Assembly (NCBI GenBank): GCA_963785085.1
Contig: CAWAUD010000013.1
Span: 7,700-71,699, forward strand
Reading direction: 5' to 3'
DNA: 64,000 bases
Source of the DNA: an uncultured Solirubrobacterales bacterium
Lineage (GTDB): Bacteria; Actinomycetota; Thermoleophilia; Solirubrobacterales; JBBDJG01
Below, piece after piece: positions 9,353-18,905 of the stretch (positions are counted from its first letter, which is position 1; each line of letters starts with the position of its first letter). Below the pieces are notes generated by a model that was given only the letters and a program-made list of their open reading frames with translations, was not told the DNA's origin and searched no databases. The translations under genes were made by a program, and so were the position numbers.

Positions 9353-10453
9353 CTATGCGGCGCCTCCGGCGAGCGCCGCCCGCTCCCACTGCTCGTAGTC
9401 GGGCGTGAAGTAGCGCAGGCGCACTTTCTTGAACTCCGTCGAGCTGTAGAGGGTCGCGCGGTCGGGGCCGGACAGGCCGCATACCTCGGCGACGCTGTCG
9501 AGCACGGCGTCGCACTCCTCCTTGGAGCGCCCGTGCGCCATGGTGAAGACGCTGTAGGGCCAGTCGGCATAGGTCGGCCGGCGGTAGCAGTGAGAGACGC
9601 CCCGCACCGCGGCCATCCGCGGGCCGGTCTCCGCGATCTCGGGCTCGGCGACCTTCCACACGCCCATGCCGTTCGCCGAGAAGCCGGCGCGGCGGTGGAA
9701 GAGGATCGCCGCGACGCGGCGCAGCAGCTTGCGATCCACCATTCCGCGGCAGTGGTCGAGCAGGCGCTCCACGGAGATCCCGAGACGCTCTGCGGCCGGC
9801 GCGTAGGCATCCGAGCGCACCTCCATGGGGCCCTGCAGCGCGCGGATCAAGGCGACGTCGAAGTCGTCGATCGGGACGGCCTCGCGCGGCATCGGCGCCA
9901 CCGTCTCCGCCGTCTTGGCCAGGGCGTCGGTCCCGCCCTCCATCTCGAGGTTCATGTTGATCTTGAACATCGTGATCGTCGGCAGCTGGCGGATCGACTC
10001 CGCCGCGGTCCGCTCGGCCAGCACGTCGAGCGTGCGATCCAGGCCGAGCCGGCTGTCGGGCGGCACGGCGATCGTGAACCACAGGTTGAACTCGTGGTTG
10101 CGCAGGTAGTTGTGCGACACGCCCGGGTGCTCGTTGATGATCGCCGCCGCCCGGTGCGGGTGCTCCCCGTCGACCTTCGCGGCCACCAGCATCGACTGGT
10201 AGCCCAGCGCCGGCGTGTCGAAGATCGGCGTGATCTCGCGGATGATCCGCTCGCCGATCAGGCGGCTGGCGCGCTCCATGACCTCGTCCTCGGTCGCACC
10301 CGCGGCCTCGGCGACCGCGGCGAACGGCCGCTCTGCGAGGGGAAAGCTCGACTGCAGCAGGTTGAGAAGCTTGCGGTCGTCGTCGTCGAGCGGCACGGCG
10401 GCCCCGTGCTCGCGCGAGCGCAGCTTCGGGACGGCGCCTACGTTTGCAGCCAC
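9353..10453 (-). CDS. fused two-module siroheme decarboxylase-like protein (AhbA/AhbB, NirD/L/G/H family, AsnC-type HTH)
   Basis: This is the lower part of track ORF 9353..11416. Likely GTG start at 10453, overlapping the hemB stop. Module 1: [73 protein letters not shown]. Module 2: [81 protein letters not shown]. Confidence 0.7.
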   Translation of the reverse strand: MAANVGAVPKLRSREHGAAVPLDDDDRKLLNLLQSSFPLAERPFAAVAEAAGATEDEVMERASRLIGERIIREITPIFDTPALGYQSMLVAAKVDGEHPHRAAAIINEHPGVSHNYLRNHEFNLWFTIAVPPDSRLGLDRTLDVLAERTAAESIRQLPTITMFKINMNLEMEGGTDALAKTAETVAPMPREAVPIDDFDVALIRALQGPMEVRSDAYAPAAERLGISVERLLDHCRGMVDRKLLRRVAAILFHRRAGFSANGMGVWKVAEPEIAETGPRMAAVRGVSHCYRRPTYADWPYSVFTMAHGRSKEECDAVLDSVAEVCGLSGPDRATLYSSTEFKKVRLRYFTPDYEQWERAALAGGAA

Positions 10454-11416
10454 CTGGCTGCCTCCTTTGCGTGGTAGGTGATGACGATGTCCGCGCCCGC
10501 GCGGCGGATGGCCGTCAGCGACTCGAGCACCGCGGCGCGCTCGTCGAGCCAGCCCGCCCGCGCGGCCGCCTTGAGCGCCGCATACTCGCCGGAGACGTTG
10601 TAGGCCGCCACCGGCACCTCCACGGCATCGCGGACACGCGCGATCACGTCGAGGTAGGGCAGGGCCGGCTTCACCATCACGACGTCGGCGCCCTCCTGGA
10701 CGTCGATCACGGCTTCCCGGACGGCCTCTCGCCCGTTCGCGGGGTCCATCTGGTAGCTGCGCCGGTCGCCGAACGCGGGCGCCGAGTCGGCCGCCTCGCG
10801 GAACGGGCCGTAGAACGCGGAGGCGAACTTGGCGCTGTAGGCGACGATCGGAAGGCCGCTGTAACCCTCCGAGTCGAGCTGGGACCGGATGGCAGCCGAC
10901 GCGGCCGTCCATCATGTCCGACGGCGCGACGGCGTCCGCTCCCGCCGCGGCGTGCGAGACCGCTGTCTTGGCGAGCAGCTCGAGTGTGACGTCGTTGTCC
11001 ACGTCTCCATCGTCGCGGATCACGCCGCAGTGGCCGTGTGACATGTACTCGCACAGGCACACGTCGGTGATCACGACCAGGTCGGGCTGCGCCTGCTTCA
11101 GCGCGCGGACCGCGAGCTGAACGATTCCCTCGGGGTCGTAGGCGCCCGAGGCGGCCTCGTCCTTGTGAGCCGGTATGCCGAACAGGAGCACCGCCGGGAT
11201 GCCGAGCGACACGACCTCGCCCGCCTCTTCGGCGAGGTGCGAGATGGTCAGCCGCTCGATGCCCGGCATGGACTCGATCGGCTCACGCCGGTCGGTGCCG
11301 TGGGTCACGAAAAGGGGCAAGACCAGATGGCGCGCCGCCAGGTCGGTCTCGCGCACGAGGTCCCGCAGACCGCCCGTCCGGCGCAGCCTGCGAAGGCGCG
11401 TAGCTGGAAAGGACAC
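10438..11416 (-). pseudogene. hemB: porphobilinogen synthase (delta-aminolevulinate dehydratase, HemB), one indel near 10893
   Basis: N-terminus: [75 protein letters not shown]. Deleting one base restores [92 protein letters not shown] (ORF 10438..10749). Confidence 0.9.
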
Positions 11417-11438
11417 GCCTTGAGTCTACCCCGGTATG

Positions 11439-12773
11439 TCAGGCCGCCCGGGTGAGGGCGAGCCGCGCTGCAATGCTGAAAACCGCTGCAAGCAGGAGCA
11501 GGTGAAGGAGCGGGCCGCCAAGGTCACCCGAGCCGTAGAGCGCGGAGGTGAGGGCATCGAGCGTGGGCTTGAAGGGGAAGGCGGCCGATACCGCCGCGGT
11601 CACCTTGTGGACCCCGTCGCTGACCGATCCCGCAGGGACCAGGCCGGCGAACGCAAGCGGCAGCAGCAGCGCGAAGGAGGCCAGCGAGGCGGTCGACACC
11701 TCGCGGGCGAGAGCCCCGATGAAGAGGCCCAGCGCTCCGAACGCCAAGGCGCCGGCGATGACCGCCGGCGCCCACAGCGCGACCCGTTCCCAGTCCAGGT
11801 CGACGAAGGTACCGAGCACAGCGAGGAGAAGCGCCATTACCGGGAACGCGGCCAGCGCGACCAGGACCATCTTCTCGGCCAGGAGCTCGGCCGGACGCAC
11901 GGGGCCGCGCAGGAGACGGCCGAGCACGTTCTCCTCGCGCTCGAGGGCCAGCGAGCCGGATGCGAGCAGGACGCAGAGGAACATCAGCGAGATGGCCGCC
12001 GCCACGGCGGCGGCGAAGTCGGTCAGGGCCACCTCGGTCCCGGCGACGGTGGTCGTCTTGACGCGGATCGGCTGGCTGATTGCGCTGAGGGCACGGCCGG
12101 AGAGGTTGAAGTTCTGCCGGGCAAGCGTCGCGAAGCTGGACACCCGCTCGAGGTCGCGGCGCTCGGCCGAGCCGCGGGGCAGCCTGCGAGCCGCCCGGCC
12201 GGTGATCGCCGAGATCCGGTTCAGCCCCAGAACCGAGAACTCGCTGCCCAGCACGTTCACGCTGCCGCCCTGCTGCAGCAGCCCCAGATAGCGCACGGCG
12301 ACCTGCGTCAGCGAGCGGGAAACACGCTGGTTGGCGCCCGCGACGGCGCTGTCGATCGCATCCCGGACGGCGCTTGCGCGCAGGGGGTCCTCCTCGTTCA
12401 AGAGGACCTCCACCCGTGGGCGATCGAGAGTCGAGCGCAGGTTCTGCTCGGTCACCGACGGGATCACGAGCGCGCCGAGGACGTCACCGTCGCGCACCTT
12501 CTTGATCGCCTCCTGACGCGAGCCCACGCGCACGGCGTCCACCCGGTCCCGCAGCTGCCGCTCGGCCAGCGACAGGTCGAGCTGCTGCCCTCCGATCTGA
12601 ATCGCCGCCTCGCCCGGCGGCGGGCCCACGACGGCCACCTTGGGCCGGTCGGGTGACCGGCTGAGAGCGAACCCGACGAGCAGCGCCACGATGATCGGAT
12701 AGGCGACCAGGATCGCCACGGTGAGCGGTGAGCGGCGCAGGATGCGCACGTCCTTGGCGAGCAGGCGGCCCAC
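11439..12773 (-). CDS. ABC-2 type transporter permease with a large extracytoplasmic loop
   Basis: Intact 444-aa ORF. One N-terminal TM, then a loop of about 200 aa, then 5 C-terminal TMs (typical ABC-2 / YhhJ-like topology). Directly downstream of an ABC ATPase gene. Confidence 0.75.
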   Translation of the reverse strand: MGRLLAKDVRILRRSPLTVAILVAYPIIVALLVGFALSRSPDRPKVAVVGPPPGEAAIQIGGQQLDLSLAERQLRDRVDAVRVGSRQEAIKKVRDGDVLGALVIPSVTEQNLRSTLDRPRVEVLLNEEDPLRASAVRDAIDSAVAGANQRVSRSLTQVAVRYLGLLQQGGSVNVLGSEFSVLGLNRISAITGRAARRLPRGSAERRDLERVSSFATLARQNFNLSGRALSAISQPIRVKTTTVAGTEVALTDFAAAVAAAISLMFLCVLLASGSLALEREENVLGRLLRGPVRPAELLAEKMVLVALAAFPVMALLLAVLGTFVDLDWERVALWAPAVIAGALAFGALGLFIGALAREVSTASLASFALLLPLAFAGLVPAGSVSDGVHKVTAAVSAAFPFKPTLDALTSALYGSGDLGGPLLHLLLLAAVFSIAARLALTRAA

Positions 12774-12796
12774 CGTGACGAGGGGAGACGGGCGGC

Positions 12797-13501
12797 TCAG
12801 CGGGGTTGCTCCCGCAGGAAGGACACGAAGGCCTGCTCGAACGAGCCGGCGCCGGGATTCAGGCGCTCACGCAGCTCCGCGACCGTGCCCCAGAAGAGGG
12901 CTCGTCCTTCCGTGAGAACGAGAACGCGGTCGGCGTGACGCTCGGCCTCCTCCACGATATGGGTCGAGTACACGACCGCCGTGCCGCGCGCGGCCAGCTC
13001 CGCGATGAACTGCCACAGCACCTCGCGCTGGCCCACATCGAGCGAGGCGCTCGGCTCATCGAGCAGCAGCACGGGCGGCTCGGCGACCACGCCGGCGGCG
13101 ATGTTGACGCGCTGGCGGTTGCCGGCCGAGAGCTCCGCGACCGGATCGCCGGCACGGTCGGCGAGGCCTGCCTGCGCGAGCATGGTTGCGACGGCCGCGT
13201 CGGGATCCGCGGCCTGCTCGAGCTGCGCGAACAGCCGCACGTTGTCCTCGACGCTGAGCTTGCCGTAGAGCGCCGGCCGCTGGGGCACCCAGCCGATCCG
13301 CGCGCCGTCGCGCATGACCTCTCCCTCGTCGGGCGAGATCACGCCCGCGAGCACGGACAGCAAGGTCGTCTTGCCGGCTCCGTTCGGGCCGATGCACGCG
13401 ATCAGCTCTCCCGGCGCCGCCTCCAGCGAGACGCCCGAAAGGGCAGCGCGCGACCCGTAACGCTTTTGCAAGCCGACTGCCTTGAGGACCGGCGGATTCA
13501 T
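12797..13501 (-). CDS. ABC transporter ATP-binding protein
   Basis: Intact 234-aa ORF with Walker A GPNGAGKTT, Q-loop, signature LSAGNRQR, Walker B LLLLDEPSASLD and H-loop STHIVEEA. Confidence 0.92.
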   Translation of the reverse strand: MNPPVLKAVGLQKRYGSRAALSGVSLEAAPGELIACIGPNGAGKTTLLSVLAGVISPDEGEVMRDGARIGWVPQRPALYGKLSVEDNVRLFAQLEQAADPDAAVATMLAQAGLADRAGDPVAELSAGNRQRVNIAAGVVAEPPVLLLDEPSASLDVGQREVLWQFIAELAARGTAVVYSTHIVEEAERHADRVLVLTEGRALFWGTVAELRERLNPGAGSFEQAFVSFLREQPR

Positions 13502-13521
13502 GGGAGCAATATCTTCCCGCC

Positions 13522-14316
13522 ATGGATGAGCGGCGGTTGCTGTTCTGCGGGGACGTGGTCGGAGAGCCGGGAAGGCGGGCGCTTTCGGCGACGCTGCCCG
13601 TGCTGATCGAGGAGCACAAGCCCGACTTCGTCGTCACCAACGGCGAGAACGTGGCCGGCGGCCTGGGCATCACCCAGCGCACCGCGGAGAAGATCTTCGC
13701 CGCCGGCACCGACGTGATCACGACCGGCAATCACGTCTACCGCCATCGCGACGTCTACGCGTACCTCGACAACACCGACCGCATCGTGCGGCCGGCCAAC
13801 TACCTCGACGGCAATCCCGGCCGCGGGTACACGGTCATCGAGAAGGACGGCGTGCGCTGGGCGATCGTGAACCTGAGCGGAACCGTCTTCCTGGATGCCG
13901 CCCGCTCGCCGTTCCTCGTGGTCGACTCGCTGCTCGACCGGCTCGAGAAGGAGGCCGACCTGATCTTCGTCGACTTCCACGCCGAGGCGACCAGCGAGAA
14001 GGTCGCCATGGGCTGGCATCTCGACGGCCGGGTGCTGGCTGTGGTGGGAACCCACACCCACGTGCCGACCGCCGACGGCCGGGTGCTGCCGGGGGGCACC
14101 GCGTACATCTCCGACGTCGGGATGACCGGTTCGCGCGCCGGCGTGATCGGGGTGAAGCGCGAGCAGATACTCGAGCGCTTCCTGACCCAGCTTCCGGTGC
14201 GCTTCGAGGGGGCGGAGGAAGACCCTTGGGTGATGGCCTGCCTCATCACCACCGACGGCGGCAACCGTGCGTCGTCTATCGAGCAGATCCTGGTCCCCTC
14301 GCGAGGAGAGCGGTGA
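13522..14316 (+). CDS. YmdB-like metallophosphoesterase (2',3'-cyclic-nucleotide 2'-phosphodiesterase family, TIGR00282-like)
   Basis: Intact 264-aa ORF with FCGDVVGEPGR, VVTNGENVAGGLGIT, TTGNHVY, VDFHAEATSEK, GTHTHVPTAD. Divergent from the ABC operon across a 20-bp spacer. Confidence 0.8.
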   Translation: MDERRLLFCGDVVGEPGRRALSATLPVLIEEHKPDFVVTNGENVAGGLGITQRTAEKIFAAGTDVITTGNHVYRHRDVYAYLDNTDRIVRPANYLDGNPGRGYTVIEKDGVRWAIVNLSGTVFLDAARSPFLVVDSLLDRLEKEADLIFVDFHAEATSEKVAMGWHLDGRVLAVVGTHTHVPTADGRVLPGGTAYISDVGMTGSRAGVIGVKREQILERFLTQLPVRFEGAEEDPWVMACLITTDGGNRASSIEQILVPSRGER

Positions 14317-15956
14317 ACGCCAGCGGGAACCACCAGACCACGTACAGATAGAACCAGTGCGACATGGTGATCTGGACGGCCAGCAGAACGGCCGCGCCGA
14401 GCGCCAGGGCCTGAAGCACGTTCTTCTCGCGCGGGACGAACGCGACGCCCAGCGCCAGCAAGCCGGCCGCCGCCGTGACGAGGATGTGAACGGGCCCGAG
14501 CCAGTCCTCCTGTCCCCAGATGCTGAACGGCGAGTCGCGGTTGAGCTGGTACCCCAGGGTGCGATCCCATAGCTCTGAGAATCCGCCGTCGGGCAGGAAC
14601 GGGACGAAGACCAGCGCGAGCACGGCCACGAAGACGGAGGCGAACACGACGGCGTCGCGCAGCCGGAACCGCTCGAAGCCGGCGAACAGGGGCGCGAGGG
14701 CGAGCGGCGCGAACTTGGCGGCCGACGCGAGGGCGAGCAAGCGCCCCCCTCCCGGGCGGTGAGGCGATCGCGACGAAGGCGAGCACCACCAGCAGCGCGA
14801 CCAGGCTGTCGTTCGCGTTCGAGCTGAGGACGAACAGCGTGTACGGGTAGGCGGCCCAGCCATATGCGAGCAGCAGGCCGAGCCGGTTGCCGTCCCCGCG
14901 AGGGAGCAGCTGCCGGCCCAGCACGAACAGCGCGGCCATCGTGGCCAGGTCGAAGAAGACGGCCGCTGCGTGCGCTGCGGGCAGGTCGTCCCACGTGCCG
15001 TGCCAGGGCCACACCAGCTCCCAGGGAACGTAGGCGAGATAGCTGACCGGCCCGTAGGTGTCACCGGACGGGTTGTCCTGCGGGAAGGCTCCGTAGATGT
15101 CCTGCCCGTGCCTGATGTGGTCGGCTCCGATGACGCCCGAGTAGCCGACGTCGATCACGTTCGAGTTGGTGAGGTTCAGCCCGACGCGGAACCCGACCAG
15201 GAAGACGAGCACCAGCCCGAGCCACGAGAGCGGGATCGAGAGGTGCGGCAGTCCGGGCCCGGCGCGGCTGCGGGCCACCATCAGCATCCTGACCAGCAGG
15301 TACACGAGCACCGGGTAGACGAGCGGCACCGACGTGGAGATCTCTCCCCGGTTGAAGAAGATGTGCGACACCCCGAAGCCGAGGAGCACGACCAGGTCGA
15401 GGTGCAGCAGGCGAAACGGGCGGCGCCAATCGGCGAACGGAACCAGGAAGGCGACGACCAGGAGCACCCATACCGCAGGCGAGTTGAACCGGCGGCCGAA
15501 CGCGCCCGGCAGGCCGCGCGCCATCTGCCATTTGACCTGCGGCCCCGTCCACACCTCGACGGCGCGGCCACGGCGCTCGTCGACGATCACCTGGGCGACC
15601 TCGTCCGGCCCCGCGAAGTAGCTCACCTGCCAGCGGCCCGGTCCGTTGGCATAGGGACGCACGCTCACATGGCCGTGGCGTCGCAGCTCGTCCTGGAGCT
15701 TGTCCGAGAGAGCCGCGATGCGCTCCACCTCCTGCGCAGTGAGGAAGTGCTGTGGCGGTGGCTTCGTCGGCGAGGCGGGACGAGTGAGGGTCGGCTCGGA
15801 CTCGACCGCCTGGCTCGAAGCGGCCGGGGCGGCATGCGGGAACGCGGCCAGCGCGGCCGCGGCGAGCGCCGCGACGCCAAGCGACTGGAGCGAGCGGCGG
15901 CTCAGCCGCCGTGGGCGCGGCGACCGTGACCCGGCGCGCCGAGCCGGAAGCTCCAA
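14276..15956 (-). pseudogene. polytopic membrane glycosyltransferase-like protein (GT-C fold, DUF2029/ArnT-like), one indel near 14750
   Basis: The N-terminal 400 aa come from ORF 13800..15956: signal/TM, a periplasmic domain, then many TMs (LLHLDLVVLLGFGVSHIFFN.., YGPVSYLAYVPWELVW..). The sequence continues in ORF 14276..15064 (..ASAAKFAPLALAPLFAG..MSHWFYLYVVWWFPLAF). A GtrA-like gene lies just upstream. Family assignment is tentative. Confidence 0.55.
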
Positions 15957-16393
15957 AGCTTGTTGCCCACGAAGTTCAGCGGCGTGGCCGCGAGGATGGC
16001 GATCGCCTGCGCCCCGACCTTCTCGAAACCGGCCACGCTCACCAGCACCTCGAGCACGATCAGGTTGAAGCCCAGGGCGATCAGGCTGACGGTCAAGAAG
16101 CGCGCGGCCTGGAAGCCGGCATGACCATCGCCGGCACGGAAGGTCCAGTGCCGGTTCAGCAGGAAGTTGTTGGTGACCGCGACGCAGAAGGCGAGGATGG
16201 CCGCCGGGATGTAGTGGATCCCGCCCAGCTTCACGAGGGCCGTGAAGACGGACAGGTTCACGACGTAGCCGGTCGCTCCGACCATCGAGAACTTCATCAG
16301 CTGCACCCAGTTGGCGGGTTTGCGCAGCCCGCGGCCGACGCGGCGAGCATGCGCGGTCGCGGTCGTCCTGGCGGTGTAGCTCTCACCCGGCAT
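15902..16393 (-). CDS. GtrA-family membrane protein (polyprenol-phosphate sugar translocation family)
   Basis: Starts at Met115 of track ORF 15902..16735. KFSMVGATGYVVNLSVFTALV...TNNFLLNRHWTF...LNFVGNKLWSF with 4 TMs is the GtrA signature. Confidence 0.75.
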   Translation of the reverse strand: MPGESYTARTTATAHARRVGRGLRKPANWVQLMKFSMVGATGYVVNLSVFTALVKLGGIHYIPAAILAFCVAVTNNFLLNRHWTFRAGDGHAGFQAARFLTVSLIALGFNLIVLEVLVSVAGFEKVGAQAIAILAATPLNFVGNKLWSFRLGAPGHGRRAHGG

Positions 16394-16446
16394 GGGCGCC
16401 GAAGATAGAGCACGCTCCACGGGTCGAGTGTCGGTTTGGCCTGGGT

Positions 16447-16725
16447 TCACGGTTTGATCTCGAACTCGGTCAGCCCTTCCGGGCGCTCCTCTTCGACCTC
16501 GACACCATCGACGCGGGCCCCGTCGGGGCCGATACGACAGAAGTCGATCAGGCGCTCGACGTCCGCGGGATCGCCCTCGAGCACCACCTCGACCGATCCG
16601 TTTGGAGAGTTCCGCGCCCAGCCTGCGACCCCTTCCGAACGTGCCCGGCGGCGGAGGCTGTCCCGGAAGAACACCCCCTGCACCCGCCCGGTTACACGCA
16701 GATGCACTCGCCGATGCTCGGTCAC
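16447..16725 (-). CDS. acyP: acylphosphatase
   Basis: Contains VHLRVTGRVQGVFFRDSLRRRARSEGVAGWARNSPNGSVEVVLEG (the VxGxVQGVxFR motif). The GTG at 16725 gives the usual length of about 92 aa. The track ORF extends upstream to 16779. Confidence 0.8.
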   Translation of the reverse strand: MTEHRRVHLRVTGRVQGVFFRDSLRRRARSEGVAGWARNSPNGSVEVVLEGDPADVERLIDFCRIGPDGARVDGVEVEEERPEGLTEFEIKP

Positions 16726-18192
16726 TCGGGCACACCGAAGTGGTCGAGCACCACTTGGGCGACGTCCGTGACCGACCACTGACGCGGCTGCGGGGTGCTG
16801 CCGTTCACGTCAGGGCCGCAGTTGACGAAGGCAAGCGGGCCGAGCGAATCGCCCCGCCGCAGCGATCCGTGGCTTCCGCCGCCGACGTGGTCGGCCCCGC
16901 CCCAGTCGACGCACTCGTACCCGCGCCCGGCCGATATGACGATGTCGCCCGCCCCGGCGCACTCGAGCGCGCGCCCATAGGCGGCCCAGCGCGTCCGGAT
17001 ACCCGCGGCTTTCCCATTCCTCCCCCGAGACCTGGGCCTCGAGCGCCGCTGGGTCGCCCTCGAAGTCCCAGCGCATCCCGCGGGTGTCGGCGGCGGCGGA
17101 CCCGGGCGCGAAGCGCAGCTCGCCGCGGGGAGTCCACAGCCGCGCCTCGCCATCCTCGAGCCAGGCCATCACGTCGACTCCCTTCAGCTCGCGCAACTTG
17201 GCCCGCACGGCGGGCAACCGCGCCGCGCAGGCCTCCTCGGGCCCGATTGCGTAAACCATCGCCGAGCGTGCACCGGGGCTGACGGCGAGCTCGGCGGCCT
17301 CTGCGTCGGGATCGTTGGGCTGGAGCACCTTCCACTCGCCGAGATACTCCGCCAGGCGCAGGCGCTCGGTGACGGCGACCTGGGCGTGGTCGGCCATCAG
17401 GATCACTGCGTGCTCGTCGAAGAAGCGCTGGGCACCGCCGCCGGCCTGAACCAGCTGCTCGAGATAGCGGTCGGCGCGGGCGATCGACGTGACCGTCGCA
17501 TCGGGACCGAGGCGGTGCGAGTAGTTGTCGTTGTCGGGCAGCGAGAAGAGCATGAAGTCGTACAGGTCGTGTTCCTCGAGGTATGCGCCCACGCATCCCG
17601 AGTAGGGGTCCCGGGTGCCCGGTCGTGCCAGTGTCGAGCGGCAGTCGACGTCCTGCGATGAGTAGAGCTCGCCGTAGAACAGCTCGCCCGGCCCGTAAAC
17701 GGCGTGCCGGAAGTTCGCCGCCTGGACCACCCGGCGCAGCCATCCCTGGACCGCGAGCTCGTGACGAGTGCGCCCGCGAAAGATCAGGAACGGCGTGCAG
17801 GCGGTCCGAACGCCGGCGTCGTCGAGCCGCTCGAACACCGTGGGGTGCGCGCGGCTCAGGTGATCGAAGTTCATGTTGTAGACGGTGTCGATCATCGAGC
17901 GCAGGAGGCCGAACGTCCGTACCGCCTGGCCGGACGAGCCGTAGTCGACATACCGCCGTTCGCCACGGTGATACCAGTTGATCGAGGGAACGCCGTGGCG
18001 GTCGACCGTGACGCCCGTCGTGATCGAGGCGGAGGCGGCCGGTGTGACCGACGGGAAGACGCTCACGCAGTCCGGGTGATAGACGCCGCGCCTCAGGATC
18101 TCCTCGAACATCGGCGCCTTGCCCTGCTCGACGGCGCGTTCGAGCATCGCCGGCTTGAGGGCGTCGACGACTACGAGCACGAGCTTTTTCAA
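16722..18192 (-). pseudogene. alkaline-phosphatase superfamily protein (type I phosphodiesterase / nucleotide pyrophosphatase-like), one indel near 16985
   Basis: The TTG start at 18192 overlaps the upstream stop (TTGA). KKLVLVVVDALKPAML..SVFPSVTPAASASITTG..FSLPDNDNYSHRLGP..VILMADHAQ, then a shift to ..AGDIVISAGRGYECVDWGGADHVGGGSHGSLRRGDSLGPLAF.. (ORF 16722..17153). Confidence 0.65.
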
Positions 18193-18773
18193 CGGAGAAT
18201 TCTTAGGCCTTCGTATTTGCGCTGCGCGCGGCGGCGCTGCGACACGATCGCCCAGACGGCGGCCGCCAAAGCCAGGATAGAAACAGGTGGGACGAGGATC
18301 GCCAGAGCAGCCAGCGCACCTGTCGCGACGTCCGCGTACACGAGCAGGAACGACGCAGTCTCCTCGTCGCCGCGCGCGCGCAGCCGGGCTTGCGCTCCCG
18401 TCAGGAAGGCGGTTGCGGCGATGAACGCAAGCAGGGCGCAGACGGCTCCGGCCGCAAGTCCCACGCCCTCCTCGTACCCCTCGTCGGCGAGCGAGCCGGC
18501 GAACAGGAGCGCGCCGATGCCGAGCGAGATCCCCGCTATGACGACCGCCGGCACGGGGACGTTCGCGCGGGCGACGACAAACCCGATCACGACGGCCACC
18601 GCCATCAACGCCAGCCACCACGGGGACTCCAGGAACGAGAAATGCGTTCCCTCGAAATCGACTCCCACGTTGGCGAGGGCGAGCAGCCCGACCACGAGGG
18701 CGGAGACGGCCGCCCGTACGCCCGCGGCGAGGGAGGCACCGATTCCCTGTGTTATGGCGAGAAAGAGGTCCAT
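18189..18773 (-). CDS. DUF4126-family integral membrane protein
   Basis: Starts at Met55 of track ORF 18189..18935: MDLFLAITQGIGASLAAGVRAAVSALVVGLLA.., with 5-6 TMs and an RRRAQRKY tail. Confidence 0.6.
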   Translation of the reverse strand: MDLFLAITQGIGASLAAGVRAAVSALVVGLLALANVGVDFEGTHFSFLESPWWLALMAVAVVIGFVVARANVPVPAVVIAGISLGIGALLFAGSLADEGYEEGVGLAAGAVCALLAFIAATAFLTGAQARLRARGDEETASFLLVYADVATGALAALAILVPPVSILALAAAVWAIVSQRRRAQRKYEGLRILR

Positions 18774-18905
18774 CGGCGATGGTCTATCGTCATTGTCGCT
18801 GTTGCGGATTGCAGAGAGTGTGTTCGCGGTGTCGAGCGTGCACCCGGCGAGCGGTTCGCAGGGCGGCTCGGAGAGACCCCGAATGCACCGTTTCAGAACA
18901 TCTGC

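Noticed and set aside
9353-11416. A 687-aa ORF that looks like a HemB-AsnC/NirD fusion protein.
   Set aside because: The middle 150 aa are Arg/Gly/Pro-rich out-of-frame text. The true hemB C-terminus is in another frame (10438..10749) and is restored by deleting one base near 10893. The decarboxylase-like gene has its own GTG at 10453. The long ORF exists only because the wrong frame happens to stay open.
13498-15012. Long antisense or off-frame ORFs, for example 13498..15012(-), 28359..29726(-), 33284..34498(-), 41100..42785(-), 45513..47618(-), 54284..56194(-), 26369..27553(+) and 15061..15552(-).
   Set aside because: These are typical high-GC shadow ORFs. Their composition is Arg/Ala/Gly/Pro-rich and they carry no motifs. 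Each lies opposite to, or out of frame with, a gene that has clear family signatures.
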